Origin: Vicinamibacteria bacterium
GTDB lineage: Bacteria > Acidobacteriota > Vicinamibacteria > Fen-336
Length of the DNA: 64,000 bases
NCBI GenBank assembly: GCA_016934575.1
Contig: JAFGSN010000194.1
Span: 411 to 64,410, forward strand
Reading direction: 5' to 3'
Numbering within the stretch: position 1 is the first letter of the stretch; each line of letters opens with the position of its first letter. The position numbers and the translations under genes were made by a program. Of the stretch, positions 61,941 to 64,000 are shown in pieces. The notes under the pieces were generated by a model. It was not told the origin of the DNA. It was given only the letters and a program-made list of their open reading frames with translations, and made no database searches.

Positions 61941-62399
61941 ATGATTGCGCGAACCATGGTCGGTCGAACACTGGCCGTCGCTCTGGCGATCGGCCTTTCT
62001 CATGTCGGAATTCCTCTAGCCCAGGCGACGCCGCGGATCGTCTCACAGAGCGAGATGGCCGCCCGCCTGCTCGAGAATGCCCAGTCACGCGAGCAACGTA
62101 TCCGGCTGTTTCAGGAAGCGCTGGGCGTTCCTGAGGTTCAAGCCCGGGCGCGCACCATGGGCCTGGATCCCGTCAGGCTTCAATCGGCGATCCCGCACCT
62201 TTCCGACGCGGAGCTGGCGGAGCTGGCGGCACGCGCTTCCAAGGTCGAGGACGTCACGGCGGGACATTACCGGCGCGGAGGCGGCAATGAGGGGCTGGTG
62301 ATTCTCGGCGTGGCCCTTCTCCTGACAGGACTGATTATTTTGGCGGTCTTGGTCGAGGACGATTATGACGACTGGGACGACTGCGATTGCTGGTACTGA
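61941..62399 (+). CDS. Hypothetical secreted, C-terminally anchored protein with acidic Cys/Trp tail
   Basis: Signal peptide; a helical Ala/Glu-rich middle; a C-terminal TM (GLVILGVALLLTGLIILAVLV) followed by EDDYDDWDDCDCWY. Confidence 0.5.
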   Translation: MIARTMVGRTLAVALAIGLSHVGIPLAQATPRIVSQSEMAARLLENAQSREQRIRLFQEALGVPEVQARARTMGLDPVRLQSAIPHLSDAELAELAARASKVEDVTAGHYRRGGGNEGLVILGVALLLTGLIILAVLVEDDYDDWDDCDCWY

Positions 62400-62557
62400 C
62401 GAGGCGCGCATGGCCGAATTCGCGCCGCCCGACGACTTTAGCGCGTGAAGGGTCTCTTGACGAGGCCCTTCACCTTATCCGGAGCTTGCGCCCCGCGCCC
62501 GTTGCCCGACAGTTGAACCGTATTTGTCGTCTCCCATCCGACGATCAGGCGCGGTGT

Positions 62558-63445
62558 TCAGGGCACAATCCCCAGGCTCTTGAGCTCCTTGAGCAACGCT
62601 TCGCGAGTCGCATCGGCGGGCGGCGTCAGCGGCAGGCGAAAACTCTCCTCACACAAACCCATGAGCGCGAGCGACGTCTTGACGGGAATCGGATTGGTTT
62701 CGAGGAAATTGAGGCTTATCAGACGCAGATATCGGTAATGGACGCGCCGTGCCGCGGCCCAGTCGCCGCAAGCGCAGGCGCCGACAAGCTCGTGCATCGC
62801 TTTCGGGATCTGATTGGCGGCCACCGAGATGACGCCCTTCGCGCCGAGAGCCATGAGCGGCAACGTGACGGCGTCGTCGCCCGAGAGCACCTCGAATTCG
62901 GACGGGGCGTCGCGCAGAATCTCCATGATCTGGGTGAAATTGCCGGAGGCTTCCTTGACGCCCGCGATGTTCGGGTGCTCCGCCAGGCGGAGCTGCGTCT
63001 TGACGTCGATGTTGCCGGCGGTGCGCCCCGGCACGTTGTAGTAGACGACGGGGAGCGTGCTCGCGTCGGCGATCGCGGTGAAATGGTGATGGTATCCCTC
63101 GCTCGTCGGCTTGTTGTAATACGGCCCCACCGAGAGAATGCCGTCAGCTCCGGCCGCCGCCGCCTTGCGCGTCTTCTCGATGGCGGCTCGCGTGTCGTTG
63201 CTGCCCGCGCCCGCGAGAACCGGGACCTTGCCTTTAGCCTCCTCGACGACCGTCTCGATGACGCGCACATGCTCGACGGCGTCGAGCGTGGCGGCCTCGC
63301 CCGTCGTGCCGCACGGCACGAGCACGTCGATGCCTTCGTCGATCTGGCGCCTGACCAGACGCCGCAGAGCCTTTTCGTCGAGCTTGCCGTCCGGCGTGAA
63401 CGGCGTGATGAGAGCGACGCCAGCGCCGGCGAATGAACGTGTCAT
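62558..63445 (-). CDS. dapA: 4-hydroxy-tetrahydrodipicolinate synthase
   Basis: From the internal ATG at 63445: VALITPF, PCGTTGE, active-site Lys region; 295 aa. Confidence 0.9.
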   Translation of the reverse strand: MTRSFAGAGVALITPFTPDGKLDEKALRRLVRRQIDEGIDVLVPCGTTGEAATLDAVEHVRVIETVVEEAKGKVPVLAGAGSNDTRAAIEKTRKAAAAGADGILSVGPYYNKPTSEGYHHHFTAIADASTLPVVYYNVPGRTAGNIDVKTQLRLAEHPNIAGVKEASGNFTQIMEILRDAPSEFEVLSGDDAVTLPLMALGAKGVISVAANQIPKAMHELVGACACGDWAAARRVHYRYLRLISLNFLETNPIPVKTSLALMGLCEESFRLPLTPPADATREALLKELKSLGIVP

Positions 63446-63677
63446 GATTGACTCCTTCCGCGTCACGCGTGGCGCTGATTCTACTATCGCCCGGGCCGCG
63501 AGGCCAGAGCCGCTGCGGCCGGTTTTTTCTTCATGTTCTTGGCGCCATTGAAACAACGGCGGTCCTCGGGCCGCGCCGGTGTGAGGCGGCGCACGTCATC
63601 GATCGCGGTGTGATCCGACTCGCTGCGCTGCATGCGCGCTTCATTTAGTGTATGTTCATGATCGACAGGAGGTATCG

Positions 63678-64000
63678 ATGAGGAATCGCGTCATGCGTTG
63701 GATTGCGCTGTCGGCGGTGACGGCTCTCGTGGTCGGATTCGCGCCGGAAGCGCAGGCTCAGAACGTGCTGATGAACTCGGCCGAGACCATCAATAAAGGC
63801 AACTTCAAGCTGGCGGCCTTTCCGACGGCGTTGCTTGGCGAGAACGGAGCGGACAACGAGTGGGGAATCGCGGGGCGCGTCGGTTATGGGCTCACGCGCA
63901 GCGTGGACATCGAGGGCAAGCTGGCCGTATTCGACGGCATAACGTTCTACGGCGGCGACGCCGAGGCCTGGGTCGTGCGCAATCCGTACGGCGTCAACGG
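63678..64000 (+). CDS. Secreted protein, N-terminal fragment (runs off window end)
   Basis: AGGAGG RBS, then ATG at 63678; signal peptide MRNRVMRWIALSAVTALVVGFAPEAQA. Confidence 0.5.
   Translation, partial: MRNRVMRWIALSAVTALVVGFAPEAQAQNVLMNSAETINKGNFKLAAFPTALLGENGADNEWGIAGRVGYGLTRSVDIEGKLAVFDGITFYGGDAEAWVVRNPYGVN

Overview
This is a 64-kb, high-GC (roughly two-thirds G+C) bacterial chromosomal segment, densely coded on both strands. I call about 47 protein genes and one tRNA gene, tRNA-Gln(CTG). I find no transposase, integrase, CRISPR array or rRNA. The few AT-rich stretches all sit in intergenic promoter gaps (around 3617-3856, 15700-16053, 20812-20985 and 55458-55713).

Recognisable housekeeping genes are acnA, cca, rhlE-like DEAD-box helicase, pgm, clpS-clpA, nfnA-nfnB-gdhA, metF, dapA, ald plus an acetyl-CoA hydrolase/transferase-family gene (Cat2-like), trpB2 and acpS. 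Signalling and motility genes are a PilT-family ATPase beside an MJ0042 zinc-ribbon/receiver protein, a coiled-coil GAF protein and two receiver proteins; a membrane GAF-GGDEF cyclase; and a REC-PilZ protein next to a CheY-like protein. There is also an NfeD-flotillin pair.

The most unusual locus is a giant (2735 aa) three-domain cyclic beta-1,2-glucan synthase (Cgs/NdvB/ChvB type). It is convergent with a 10.4-kb five-gene operon on the opposite strand. That operon encodes a 1487-aa secreted subtilisin (S8) with FG-GAP beta-propeller repeats, then an ArnT/PMT-family GT-C glycosyltransferase, then a membrane-anchored SGNH hydrolase, then a DUF2029/GT87-like GT-C glycosyltransferase, then a eukaryotic-type FGGY sugar kinase. 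The first four genes are joined by three consecutive ATGA start/stop overlaps.

Other points worth a second look are a patatin-like protein whose nucleophile serine appears displaced, a His/Asp/Gly-rich repeat inside NfeD, a radical-SAM/SPASM-like enzyme coupled to a DedA-like membrane protein, a receiver-domain remnant, and a small tail-anchored protein with an acidic Cys/Trp tail.

The gene content (MJ0042 fingers, PilT, NfnAB, TrpB2) suggests a Myxococcota/delta-proteobacterium-like lineage; this is inference only. All calls come from reading the translations, and no database search was run.
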